A stretch of 64,000 nucleotides of DNA from Schizochytrium sp. TIO01 (lineage: Eukaryota; Protista; Bigyra: Labyrinthulomycetes): NCBI GenBank assembly GCA_004764695.1, contig SMSO01000007.1, positions 1,433,270 to 1,497,269 of the forward strand. The letters are read 5' to 3'. The notes under the pieces are model-generated. The model did not search any database and was not told the origin of the DNA. It was given only the letters and a program-made list of their open reading frames with translations. The translations under genes were made by a program, and so were the position numbers. The stretch's first letter is position 1; each line of letters starts with the position of its first letter. Shown piece by piece: positions 22,263 to 34,010 of the stretch.

Positions 22263-23408
22263 ATGCCTTCTCGTATTCTTATACTCGGTGGTGGATATTT
22301 TGGCTCTCGAGTCGCAGCAAGTCTGGATGCGGTGAGTGAGCATTTTGACCTTCAACTGACCATGGTCGATGAGCGCGACTTTCTCATCCACAAACTTGCA
22401 ACCCTCCGGAGCTCTGTCGTTAATGGATGGGCAGAGAAGGCTATTGTGCCGCATGCCAGTCTTCTGAAGCATGGAAGCATTGTAAAGGATGTCATTGAAG
22501 AGGTTAACTCTTCCGAAGTCAAACTTGCTTCAGGAGATGCTCTTGCTTTTGACTTTTGTGTGCTTGCCACCGGTTCAATGAATCGCTGTCCAGGTGAACC
22601 AAGTCATGAGGTCACTTCGAAAGATGACCTGCTTGAATTCTTCCACCACAACGTTGAGACCATCAAAGATGCAACCAAGATTGCTATCATTGGTGGGGGC
22701 GTAGTCGGGGTTGAATTAGCCGGGGAGATTAAAGCCGAGTATGGAGATGACAAAGACGTTATTATCATTCACAGTGGGCCCAAGGTTATCAACAATGTGA
22801 TCCCCGAGTACTCGGAGGACTTTTATGAAGCTGTCAATGAACAGCTTAAAGACATTAACGTAGAGGTTCTCCTCAACACGAAAGCCAAGATTGACTTCCG
22901 CAACGTCGACGCAAACTCTATGATTGTCGGACCTCAAGTTATTCACACAGATTCAGGCCGAGAGATCGAAGTAGACCTGTGCCTTGTTTGTGCAGGCTTG
23001 ACTCCGTGTTCCTCTGCTTTCCCTTCTACCTGGCTCAATGAAAGGAATTTCGTGAATGTTGACGACCATTTAAGGGTTGTGGACAGTGACAAAGGGCCAC
23101 AGGAGAATATCTATGCACTGGGCGATGTTGCTGCTCTAGAAGAAAATAAGATGGCACTGTACTCAGCTGACATGGCTGAAGTTGTGGTGAAAAACATTCT
23201 TGACTCTATAGATGGAGCAGACAAACCGCAACACACCTATGCATTGCACAATAAAGCCCCCATGATGGTTGTTCCTATTGGACCAAGCGGTGGAGCTGTA
23301 ATTCTTCCCAATGGTACCTTTGGACCGGAGAAAGCCGTTCCTATGAAAGCAAGAACCCTTGGTGTGGAAAAGGTATGGGGTTTGCATAAAATGGAGGTCC
23401 CTGAGTAG
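22263..23408 (+). CDS. AIFM2/AMID/FSP1-like FAD-dependent NAD(P)H oxidoreductase
   Basis: 381 aa; FAD Rossmann ILILGGGYFG, LATGS, NAD Rossmann IAIIGGGVVGVELAGEI, NIYALGDVA, and MVVPIGPSGG. Confidence 0.88.
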   Translation: MPSRILILGGGYFGSRVAASLDAVSEHFDLQLTMVDERDFLIHKLATLRSSVVNGWAEKAIVPHASLLKHGSIVKDVIEEVNSSEVKLASGDALAFDFCVLATGSMNRCPGEPSHEVTSKDDLLEFFHHNVETIKDATKIAIIGGGVVGVELAGEIKAEYGDDKDVIIIHSGPKVINNVIPEYSEDFYEAVNEQLKDINVEVLLNTKAKIDFRNVDANSMIVGPQVIHTDSGREIEVDLCLVCAGLTPCSSAFPSTWLNERNFVNVDDHLRVVDSDKGPQENIYALGDVAALEENKMALYSADMAEVVVKNILDSIDGADKPQHTYALHNKAPMMVVPIGPSGGAVILPNGTFGPEKAVPMKARTLGVEKVWGLHKMEVPE

Positions 23409-25115
23409 CGAGTGGCGGGCTTCTCCGACACCATTACCAGTGGCAACGTATGCCTTACAATATCAGGCGACAGTCTCAATCAGGAAATAGTTATCTCACT
23501 TCAATAAATATTGATATATAGATCTATCTTTTATAGTTCATTAAAACCAAACTAAGCACTGATTCTGGGTCATTAACTATAAAACTTGATTTGCAACTTT
23601 GAAGATATAATCCTCCACGAGGTTTTGCTTTTTCATTTGGTGATGAATATTATCGACAAAGCTCCATGGTTCCTCATTGGGTTATATCCCTGAAAAAAAT
23701 CAAATTCTCAGAGGCCATCCTTTTGCTTTAGTATTTTACGTCACTCATACCCCGCCCGCCCCAAATATACATACAAGGTTCTCTCCCCAATAGGATTCTG
23801 AATATCACAACTTGGATGGCTAGAGGTTGACTGGCAAGATGAGGGCATGGTGTTAGGAATCTTGAGAAAAAGACATCAATGCTGACAGAACTTTACTCCT
23901 CCGATGAAGGAAAGATCTCGCGCTTAGAACGATTTTAATCAGTAAATATCTGTGGCGGAGCGAAACTGGAAGGTGCTGGAACAATAGTGAGTTCCGCAGG
24001 GACCAATGTGGGATTGACAGGATCATTTCACTTGGATGACTTAGCCCTTTGATCCGTTTTTATTTTATTCACAGATGCGATGCTTCAAATGCATAATCAA
24101 ACGTTACTAAAACTAGTTCAAACCAGCGACAATGCTCATATTGATAGACTTGTGATATCTATATGGACCTTTCTACTTGCTTATATATACATGCACATTG
24201 ACCTAGAATGAACGAACCCCAGCAAGCCTCGCTTGATGTTCATTTTATGGCTGTTAAATGTTTTCATTCTGTTTTCATTTAAAAAACAAAAAAACAAAAA
24301 AACATATTATACGAACATCGGTTATGACGCACCCTGGACTACTTGGACTGGAAAACAGGACGCGAGTTAAAGGCCAACACCTCGGTGTCAATCAGTACGA
24401 CGTTCACATTGATAGCATCGACCTCAAACCATTCGCAATAGCAATCACCCAGTGATCCCCTTGATACTTGAGGTTCTGCAGAGATTCATATAGTTTTTTC
24501 CCGCTATAGTCAATAACAAGGCAACATAGACTCCAAAGACAGATCTTCATTTTGTGGCGTGTATACTTTGGGTTTCAAATCGGTGTCTTTAACTAAATAT
24601 TGCTGCTGCGCCTGCTCTCAATAGGCGGATGCTACTGCTATCCATCAATAACTCACTTGCGCTGTGAGATAGAATGTTGATATCAGGTGTGCTTTTTTAC
24701 CCAAACAAAATACTCAATTGTCTTCTGAGTGCTCCAGAGGCGTACCTACACTTGCAAATTTCTTTCTGTGGTGGTGAGACTCTCCTGGGTTACTGCTCTA
24801 CATATTAAACTAGGTCACTCACGCTGGTGCCTAGCAGCTATGAATATAAGATAACTGAGGAACCATTCTCATTCTCATGGATATCATCATCGAATTGTGC
24901 TTATACAGAAGTGAGTAATATTTCACCATAAATGCTACGACAAGAACTCTCTGCTAGCTAGTACCTATTCAACTACATAGTTTGACTTCATGAAATCTTG
25001 CCATCCCCACTATCTTTGTGAGCAATCGAGACACTTCCTACCTGCCTGCGATCGTAGTGCAAACCAAAGTGGTGCTGATTTGGGTGTTAAGGTAGAAATT
25101 TGCTGCCTCCACTAC

Positions 25116-25217
25116 GTCACTAAGTCACTAAGTCACTAAGTCACTCACTCACTCACTCACTCACTCACTCACTCACTCACTCACTCACTCACTCACTCAC
25201 TCACTCACTCACTCACT
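25116..25217. repeat. Compound satellite (GTCACTAA)3 followed by (TCAC)~19
   Basis: Directly visible. Confidence 0.95.
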
Positions 25218-26840
25218 ATTTCTATGAATGAGACCAACGCTAATTCGAGCAGAGTGTCCAAACCCGCACCACCTTTAATCATTGGCAACGAACTCCTATG
25301 GAATCATGTGTGTTGACGAACCAGCGTGCTTGGTGTGATCAACCATGCTTGTTTGAGAGCGCAAAATAAGCACGCCATCACAAGCTGAGAGTAGAACTCT
25401 CTATTACACTACCTTCTGAAACCCTTGAGTTAAAGGGGCCTCATCACTCTGCGACTAGTACCCGATTAACTGTTGTTTTCTTTCTGAGATTGTCTATGGC
25501 TTTCGAGGGGATACCATCATATTTCTAACAGCCTACTGCCGCCAGTACTTTTGGTCACTGTCTTGATAAGTGATCAGGCTAACGAGCCAGTCCAACAATT
25601 CATCCTATGGCTACCTGCACATCTTGAGCCTCCAAATGCAGATCTTTGGCTGGCGGAGAATCACGCGCGCATACACCAAGGTTTCCTGGTCAACCATGGT
25701 TGCTTCGAAAACGTGCAGGCCGGAGTTCAGGCATCTGTGTTGTTGATGCTTATGCTTTTGTAAGTAAATGTGCATTTGAGGAGCATCTGAGAATTTGCAA
25801 CGCTTCATTTGAGCCAATCAAGCTGCAGTGAGTCTTCTCTGGTAAAAAGTCCAAACACAGAGCATTAAGGTATTGTTTGTTCATGATGTGTAGACAAACA
25901 AAATGCAAACAAAGCAGACAAATCAACCTCGTTGCCTTGAACATGATTGATTGAGTTCATCAACGCGATCAACTCAAAGGTCATGACTAGCATTTGGGAA
26001 GCTGCAAAAGGCCTCAGGCAATCATGACTGATAACTTTGTAGGATTTCAGAAGGTAGCCTGAGTAGTAGGGTGTCTACGTTGCATGTGGCCAGCCAGAAG
26101 CGAGTTAAAGCTTGCATTTAATAATTGAAGATGAAAAGTAATCGACCGACAATTCAAGACCCAATATCACTTGTAGGTGAGAGTTGAACAGCCTAATAAG
26201 TTGCAACGTGCTGCAAACTATCAGCTCAGAGTTAATCTGGCCTTGGTAAGAGCACTGGCTATCAATACATGTTGACAGAGACATTATATTAAATCTGCAC
26301 AAATCATTTCGCATGCATAGTTGTTAGATTGACATTCCTTCAATAATGCATTTATTGAATTTGCGCAAATTGTCTCCGAGCTCCGACTTTCAACGAGGAA
26401 GGCTATTCAAGCACGTACCCAGCATGTCACAAAATATAAATGCATATTCCATTCCCAAAATTTCACGTTCAGCCACTAAATATTTCAGCGATGATGAACT
26501 GAGTGTTATTCGGATAAATCCTGGAAAGCGTAAAGGGACGAGAGCAAGGAAAGGTGTAATGTTCATGATCAACAAGATGCTTCGAGTGTATGACATCAAA
26601 AGGCATAACTATATTTCGCGCGCGAAATTTGTGAAATGAGAATTACAGTGCGCAAAGAACCAACAATAACAATAACAACTAGGCCCTGTATCACTAAACA
26701 CATGCGGAGTTGAAACTTCCAAATGACCATGAAAGATTTTGTTAAAGCTATGTTTTTTTGTTTTTTGAAGGTTAATCATGCAAGTTCGCAAAGCAAAACC
26801 CTATCGCTTGGAAAAGAAGCAAGCCCAGAAACTTAATACA

Positions 26841-28571
26841 ATGGTTCACCCTTGTTTTGCATTGCTGTGCATTTTCGTTATTTCACTATGGAGTACCTCC
26901 GTTAAGGCAAGCTCCACGAGTTCTCGTTGCGTCGAAGGATATTACTTTAGCGATGGATGGTGTCTCGGTATCGCTAGTACAAGTGCAAGACCGTCTTTCA
27001 ATGAGCAGTTCAGATCTGGCACGGATAGCTATTGCAAGCAGAAATACCCCCATGCTGCTGACATCCAGCCAGCTGTTCTTCGGCACCCAGGGCAAGTTGC
27101 TGCAATGAAAAAGATTCTCAACGCTGGAGAGGCAACTAGCCTTCTTACCGGCTGGATTCCATTCAAGTACTCTGATCATGAGGTGAGAAGGTTTTATGAT
27201 CAAACTACTCACGTAGCTACCACAAAGAACAAGCTTAATCGCCGACTTGGCGAGGATATCTACACTGGCTCAGACTGTTCCGGCAATGGATATTCGTCAT
27301 ACTCATCGTACTCAGGTGATTATGAGTACTATGATTACGAAGGTTACACTGATTATTCCACTGATTATTCCACTGGTTATTCCACCGACAATGGAGGCGA
27401 CTACTCCTACAGCAATGAGAACATGGGTCTCTACTTCTACTCCAGCTATAGCAACAGGAATGATCCATACACTGACACTCACTACAGCAAGCCGAGTGCA
27501 GGTGGAGTTTGTTATTTTCCATACCCACTTGCAATGAAGGGTTCTGGAGACATTACCGTCGTTGACTATAACCGTCGTTCTCTTGTGAAATCTAAGCCAC
27601 CAGTGTGCATGTACGAAGTTCCTGCTCGTGACTCCGCTAAAACATGCGGAAACCTTCTCGCTACTAAAGGGTACTGCCTCTTCAAGAACCCGTTAGATAC
27701 CAGGAAAACTAAATACGACGGCGACTGGTCTCAACGCGACAACATATCTGAGTATAATTGTTACAAAACATGCCTCAGTTTCACGTATTGCAAAGCGTAC
27801 GAGTTTTATGGTGCCTCGGTTGAGTCAGGCACGTGTGAAATGCACTTCCAGGAGCCCACAAGCACAAAGCTTGGAACTGACGCAGCCAATCTTGTGAGAA
27901 AATGTGTCGTTCTGGCAGAACCTACGGAATGCAATGGTCACACCCCTGAGAAACCCGGTCAAACACCTAAGCCTACACCTAAGCCAACTTCATTTCCAAC
28001 TATGCGACCAACAAACATGCCGACTTCACGTCCTACTAAGCAGCCTACTTCCAGACCCACAGAAAGGCCGACTAAACGACCCACGGAAAGGCCAACCAGT
28101 CGTCCCACGGGCTACCCTACCGCAAGACCTACCCCGGCACCCATCAGTTACTGGTCCGGTAAGTGTAAGGAAACGAAGGTTGTCGAACTCGAGACAGATG
28201 GCGAGTGGATAACACTTGGTACAAACCTAAAGAAGCCAAAATACCGAAGCAACACTGATCTCTGTTGGCTTATTCGAGCCCCCAAGAGCAAGTTTTCTGT
28301 CACATTTAGAATGGTTGGTGGTGTAAGTCAGGCAGACAAAGATGTCATGAAAGTTTATGACGTGGATAGCTCTGTAAGTAACGTGGACACATTTTTTGAC
28401 GATTTACGCAAAGACAGCGTAGGCTTGACCTTGCGGGAGAGCTACAGTGGCAAGGTCAATGGGGTAAGCGAGTTAGAACCGCAGGCGCGCGATATGCTTG
28501 TGAACTTTTACTCAGACAAATCCAAGAGATACTCTGGATTAGTTTTTGAGGTCACGTATTTCAAGCCTTGA
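26841..28571 (+). CDS. Secreted mosaic protein, paralog A: signal peptide, C-type-lectin-like domain with Tyr-rich insert, PAN/apple, xPTx stalk, CUB
   Basis: ATG 26841 gives the signal peptide MVHPCFALLCIFVISLWSTSVKA. CVEGYYFSDGWC..C..GW..C..PPVCMY (CTLD-like); CYKTCLSFTYCKAYEF..TCEMH (PAN); PT repeats; YRSNTDLCWLIRAP..DVMKVYD..MLVNFYSD..YSG (CUB). Confidence 0.85.
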   Translation: MVHPCFALLCIFVISLWSTSVKASSTSSRCVEGYYFSDGWCLGIASTSARPSFNEQFRSGTDSYCKQKYPHAADIQPAVLRHPGQVAAMKKILNAGEATSLLTGWIPFKYSDHEVRRFYDQTTHVATTKNKLNRRLGEDIYTGSDCSGNGYSSYSSYSGDYEYYDYEGYTDYSTDYSTGYSTDNGGDYSYSNENMGLYFYSSYSNRNDPYTDTHYSKPSAGGVCYFPYPLAMKGSGDITVVDYNRRSLVKSKPPVCMYEVPARDSAKTCGNLLATKGYCLFKNPLDTRKTKYDGDWSQRDNISEYNCYKTCLSFTYCKAYEFYGASVESGTCEMHFQEPTSTKLGTDAANLVRKCVVLAEPTECNGHTPEKPGQTPKPTPKPTSFPTMRPTNMPTSRPTKQPTSRPTERPTKRPTERPTSRPTGYPTARPTPAPISYWSGKCKETKVVELETDGEWITLGTNLKKPKYRSNTDLCWLIRAPKSKFSVTFRMVGGVSQADKDVMKVYDVDSSVSNVDTFFDDLRKDSVGLTLRESYSGKVNGVSELEPQARDMLVNFYSDKSKRYSGLVFEVTYFKP

Positions 28572-31500
28572 TTCGCTTTCTGTCAGTGAGAGTGGATACC
28601 ATTATTCTTAGTTCATCAAATTTCTTCATGTATGCAAGAAGCGCTTCGCTCTGAAACCCTGCGTTTGTAAAGCACCAGGTCTTGTGCTCTTGGTTATGTG
28701 TATCACAAGGTAGGCAGTAGTGTCTGAGGGATATTTAGTTAAATTCTTAACAACAAGTAATTGTGGTGTCCGATCCTGAGGTCTCTAAATGAAGGTTTGG
28801 ACATGACAATGTCAAAAAACTTTAAAACTTTAAGGGCTAAAACATGAAATTGAGAATGACTACATTATAGTTGGTATCATGAACAAATCATGAAGCAAAG
28901 CTTTCTTTTCTATATCTATGATTTTGATGAAAAGCTAGTAATTGAAACAAGGACTCCTGGTGCAAAATTAAGTCCCCTCAGATCTGTATGCAAAGTACTT
29001 CGCCTTGGTTGACTCAGTCAGCACAACGCGAATCAGGCCAGATAGAATTGTATTATTTGCATCCATCCAAGCATACTAGGATCATTTAAAAGCGCAGTTA
29101 GCCTTCATTTGTGAGTGGCTAGCCAGAGGAACAGCTTCTCCCTGCCTCGTTATATAAAAAAATAAATAAATGGACTTCAAAGCTTCACGGGCATGTTTAT
29201 GTTTGTAACCATAGAGTGATCAACCCTGGTGCCTTCCTATTATGTTTTACTTTTATTGGTCCTATCTATCAAGGCATGTCTGAGAACAATTACATCGCGA
29301 ATTTCCCTCTCTGGTTTCAGCATCTTCATGGATGGCAACAACGCATCCTCTCCATTTCAAGGAAGCACCAGGTCGGAGGTACTGAGTTAAAATCTTTCAA
29401 CTTAAAGTCAAAATAATCACTCATAGAGAGCACTTAGGTACCTCAGTCAGGTACTTACACACCTGCAACATCAAAATATCATTCTAACACAATGGAACGT
29501 GATCTATCAATCGCCAAAACCTCCAAGGTTCTCTGTCTTGAAGTGCTCCCTCGGTAGGTAGAGTACTAGTAGCATTTGTCAGAGGGAATACAACATGAAA
29601 GCTAAAATCAAAGATCCATGCGGGTTGACCTATTATGCGTTTAGTCTGGTAGGTAGGAAGGTTAAGGATAGGTATGAGCGAAGCTAAATGAAAGGTTGTC
29701 TGACTCACATTGATTGGTTAGAAGGTATTCCCATTCTCATATGGCTATATTAATTCATGAGCAATTTCGTATCTGGGCAAAAGGCGAAGTAGGGGAATAC
29801 CTTTTGATTAATTTGGTTAAATTATTAAGGAATGAAAAATGGCTACGTGTGGAAGTCGCAATGAGTTCTACGTAACCCCTCGCAGAGGTAAAATGTTGAA
29901 ATCGTTCTCTCAAGGTTGCGTGAAAACCTGGTTGGTGTAGTGGAACTAACCACCACCATGTGGATCTGCTCAGGACGAGCACCTAAATGATTCTTTTTGG
30001 TCTTGAGGTTTTACCATTGTTCTATGAAATGTGAATGATCTCTTTATCTCTTTATCTTTTAATTTTTTAATTTCAACCTTAAACTCAAAAATGAAGTGAT
30101 AAGCAGCAACTCAATTACTCACAGAAGATAACCATTTACATCGAAGTTAAAATTTTGAAATAAATCGCTTTACTTTCAGCAACATATTTGTGGAAATCAT
30201 GATAGGGGCCTGGTCAGCTCGCCTAAGGCTTTGAGTTGCACACCTGAATATACAAAGTCCAATAAACCGGGCAAACCCAAGGCCAAGCCTATCTTGCGGG
30301 TGAACTTGAGCAAAGATATTGAGGTCAAGAAATCAACTCTACCAAAGCCACACAACTTTGTTGCTCAATTCAAGGTGCACAGTAAGTGTCATCTGCAAGG
30401 AAGGTACTGCCTGCCTAGCAATTAAAAATTACAGATGTAATTTTGTCATGACTTTATAAAAATACAAAAGCTCTGACCAATAACTTCAATTTTACAAAAC
30501 AAGGGCCGTACGACAGAAAAGACAATCGCTTCGGGGTTCTCTGGGATCCGACTAGCATTAGTGCACGAAAGCGAGCTAGTACAGGTGTTTGCCTTTAGGC
30601 GAGCATAGGGAGTCATTTCCACAATATAATTGAAAACAACAACAACAAAAATAACATAAACTGCTTCCAAATATAAAAAGTGCTATTACTAGTAGTAAAA
30701 GACGAGTCCTTCTCGATCCATTTAGGATCGATAAACCGTCGCTATTGCAATGTTAAACACCATATTTTAATCAAGTTTGTTCTCGTCTTCTCCAGCCTCC
30801 ATACAAGTCAATTAATCTTCTCGATGATCTGACTTGGTTGTGGCAGTGTGTAACATCCTACGACTTACATGGCGCTGACTGTCCAGTAAGAAAGGCCGCG
30901 AAGCCACAACCAAGTAACAGAATGACTCGTGGTAACAGCTTGCCAAAGTAAGTAAGGCTTAGATAACACTTGGAGTTTGTTCATTTCATAACCAGACCTC
31001 GAAATGATGAAGCAGTAATCATGTATAAAGTAGCACATCAACTCGTATGACCAACAAGAGGTGTCTCGAGTAGGCTGGTATCACAGCGGCCTGGCACGTG
31101 CAAATCCAGTATGATGGATCGATTGCTAGAACATGTGTCGCGCTTAATCAGACTCTTGGGATCGATATTTTGCACATGGAGGTAGGAAAGATCACAACGT
31201 TTGAACAAGGAACAAAGAGGGCTCTGTTTGGGTGAAGTTAGCAGGTTTTGTTACTTTTGTCTGGTCATCCATGCTTGAACACCGGTCTTTGGAAGCTGAG
31301 ACCCGAGTGTTTCCGAAGGTTGTTTTGTAGTTATTTGCTAGGAAGGTATCCTGACTGCTAAGAAAAGTATTGAAAAGGGTTTAGCAAGGGTCAGTGGTTG
31401 ATAAACGCAGCTTCTGCTACATGCTGACTCAGGCTGCAAGTAGCGATGAATTTAATTGAGGGTCTCATGGAGTAGCAAGCAAGATGTTCAAACTATGATG

Positions 31501-32288
31501 CATCAGATTCATACCTGTACTTGTACTCACTAACCTGCGCAATTAATTCGGAACAGCTAGGATGCATCACGAGCGATGAACTTGATGCTTCTGAAATAAC
31601 AGGCAAGGGGAAACCTACTGAGCCTGCTCATTTTAGGATTGCAAAGGTGAGGATAAGTGAGCTGATTGCAAGAGGATTCGTGGTGGGATATTGTTCGCCG
31701 GTTATTTCATTTTAGACTTTTGAGCAACATTACGTAGTCAAATCCACCTTTTAGTTCGCTTAGTCCAGTAGATCGAACAGTTTTAGTGATGTCTATACCT
31801 CAGCGTGAAATCTACCCACTCGGCCAAGTTCATCAACTACGCAGCCCACTATGCCGCTCATGAGTTTCAGCGTTCGATCATTTATGATTGAGAAAGTCGG
31901 GAGAAGAAACTACACTACCATCAAGAGTACTCATTCATAAGAATCGCAGCAATTTAGAGCCTGACTTTACTATAAAACTATATCGTCAGTTTCATCAACG
32001 CATGTCTGGACTTTTAGTTCTTTTAAAAACTTTTGAAATCTAACAAAGATAAAAGACAACAAGGAAGTTGGATAACAGAAAAGCACATGCCATACTCTTG
32101 AGCAATCATCTCTCTTAAGAATTCAATGGTTCTTAGACTTGTTATAAAGATTAAAATTTATGTTAGTACTGGGTGGACTCCGTGTGCAAATCTTATGCAA
32201 AGCGAAAGCAAACTCGTAATTGTATCTCTCTAGTCTAACACTTGACTTCAGTGCTGAGATATAGAAGATCCAAATTGTATCGTACAAT

Positions 32289-34010
32289 ATGCATTTACTT
32301 TTCTGGATAGCCTTTCTGCTACCAAGCTTTGCTTTAGCTGGATCAACAAGCTCTCGTTGTGTTGAAGGCTACTACTTTCACGATGGATGGTGCCTTGGAA
32401 TTGCCAGTACCAGTGCGACACCATCATTTAACAAGCAATTTACACCCTCAGGCAAGAGCTACTGTGAGAAGAAGTACCCCCATGCTGCTGAGATCAAGCC
32501 TGCGGTGCTTCGGCATTCCGGTCAAGCTGTTGCGATGCAGAAGATCCTTGCTGCTGGAGAAGCAACTAGTCTTTTGACAGGTTGGATCCCGTATGCTTAC
32601 CAGTATCAATCTGCAAGTGCGATTACCGACGTCATCGATCAAATAACGAAGGTAACATTTAGTGTAGAAGAACTCAATGAACGTCTCGGCGTAACTGTCT
32701 ACACTGGCGATGATTGCTCTGATGATTATAGTTCATACAGCTATTCTTATCATAGCAAGTATCTCGAAGAAGGAAATGAATATACCTCGTATTCCTCAAC
32801 GGAGGGAGATTACACCACCGATCAATCGGAGGGAGATTACACCACCGATCAATCGGAGGGAGATTACACCCCAAGGTATTACAGCTCGCAGCGTCCAGGA
32901 TATTATTATGGCTCTGTGAAATCTAGAAGGAATTGTAGATTCCGGTACCCTCTTGCAATGAAATCGACTGGGGAAATCACTGCCGTTAACAATCCTCACC
33001 GTGCTCTTGTTCAGTCCAAGCCACCTGTTTGCATGTACGAGATACCTGCCCGTGAATCCGAAAAAACTTGTGGAAACCTTCTTGCTACCAAGGGTTATTG
33101 TCTTTTCACATACCCACTTGACACAAGAAAAACATCGTATGATGGCGATTGGTCTGAACGTGATAATGTCTCCGAGTATCAGTGTTACTCCTCATGCCTA
33201 AATCTGCCATACTGTAAGGCATATGAGTTTTATGGATCTACGGTCGACTCTGGCACTTGCGAGCTGCATTTCCAGGTGCCAACAAGCACGAAGAAAGGAA
33301 CAGACGCAGCCAATCTAGTAAGAAAATGTGTCGTTTTGACAGAACCTTCAGAATGTAATGACAATACACCTTCAAACCCAGCTACTGAGCCTACAAGCTC
33401 TCCAACACCTTATCCCACTTCACGGCCAACAAGCAAGCCCACTGCTCGTCCTACTGCGGATCCAACAAGCAGGCCTACTGCTCGCCCCACTCCGCAGCCT
33501 ACCAGCAAGCCAACAGCTCGTCCCACAAGCAAGCCGACAGCCCAGCCCACAAAATATCCAACCGCCAGGCCAACCCCAGCACCAACAAACATGTGGACTA
33601 GCAAGTGTCGAACGACCAATATTGTTGAACTTGAGACAGCAGGTGAATGGACAACGCTTGGAACCAACTTGAAGAAGGCGAAGTACAATAGCAACACAGA
33701 TCTGTGTTGGCTGATTCGTGCACCAAAAGCGAAATATTCCGTGACTTTTCAAATGGATGGAGGCGTAACGCAGGCAGACAAGGATGTCATGAAGGTTTAT
33801 GATGTTGACAGCACAGTAAGTGATGTGGACACATTTTATGACGATCTTCGCTCCGGCGATGTAGAGTTGACGCTGCGTGAGAGCTACAGTGGCAAAATCA
33901 ATGGTGTGAGCCAGCTTGACCCCCAGACGCAGAACATGTTGATCAACTTTTACTCCGATGGTTCTAAGCGCTATTCTGGACTTGTCTTTGAGGTTGCATA
34001 CAACGCTTAA
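32289..34010 (+). CDS. Secreted mosaic protein, paralog B (same architecture as 26841..28571)
   Basis: Signal peptide MHLLFWIAFLLPSFALA; long identical blocks with paralog A (STSSRCVEGYYF, KTCGNLLATKGYCLF, TDAANLVRKCVVL, NTDLCWLIRAPK). Confidence 0.88.
   Translation: MHLLFWIAFLLPSFALAGSTSSRCVEGYYFHDGWCLGIASTSATPSFNKQFTPSGKSYCEKKYPHAAEIKPAVLRHSGQAVAMQKILAAGEATSLLTGWIPYAYQYQSASAITDVIDQITKVTFSVEELNERLGVTVYTGDDCSDDYSSYSYSYHSKYLEEGNEYTSYSSTEGDYTTDQSEGDYTTDQSEGDYTPRYYSSQRPGYYYGSVKSRRNCRFRYPLAMKSTGEITAVNNPHRALVQSKPPVCMYEIPARESEKTCGNLLATKGYCLFTYPLDTRKTSYDGDWSERDNVSEYQCYSSCLNLPYCKAYEFYGSTVDSGTCELHFQVPTSTKKGTDAANLVRKCVVLTEPSECNDNTPSNPATEPTSSPTPYPTSRPTSKPTARPTADPTSRPTARPTPQPTSKPTARPTSKPTAQPTKYPTARPTPAPTNMWTSKCRTTNIVELETAGEWTTLGTNLKKAKYNSNTDLCWLIRAPKAKYSVTFQMDGGVTQADKDVMKVYDVDSTVSDVDTFYDDLRSGDVELTLRESYSGKINGVSQLDPQTQNMLINFYSDGSKRYSGLVFEVAYNA
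32801..32870 (+). repeat. Perfect 27-bp coding tandem repeat (EGDYTTDQS) x2.6
   Basis: GGAGGGAGATTACACCACCGATCAATC at 32801 and 32828, partial copy at 32855. Confidence 0.95.

Noticed and set aside
25116-25217. Repeat array as CRISPR or telomere
   Set aside because: No spacers, and the unit is a simple 4/8-mer microsatellite.
25290-25720. Weak internal duplication (..TCAACCATG.. at about 25340 and 25690)
   Set aside because: Too short and degenerate to support an element or gene.
26778-26840. Upstream ATG of paralog A (likewise 34766 for trpD, and non-ATG track starts)
   Set aside because: Downstream ATGs give the signal peptide or domain start that matches the paralog or family.
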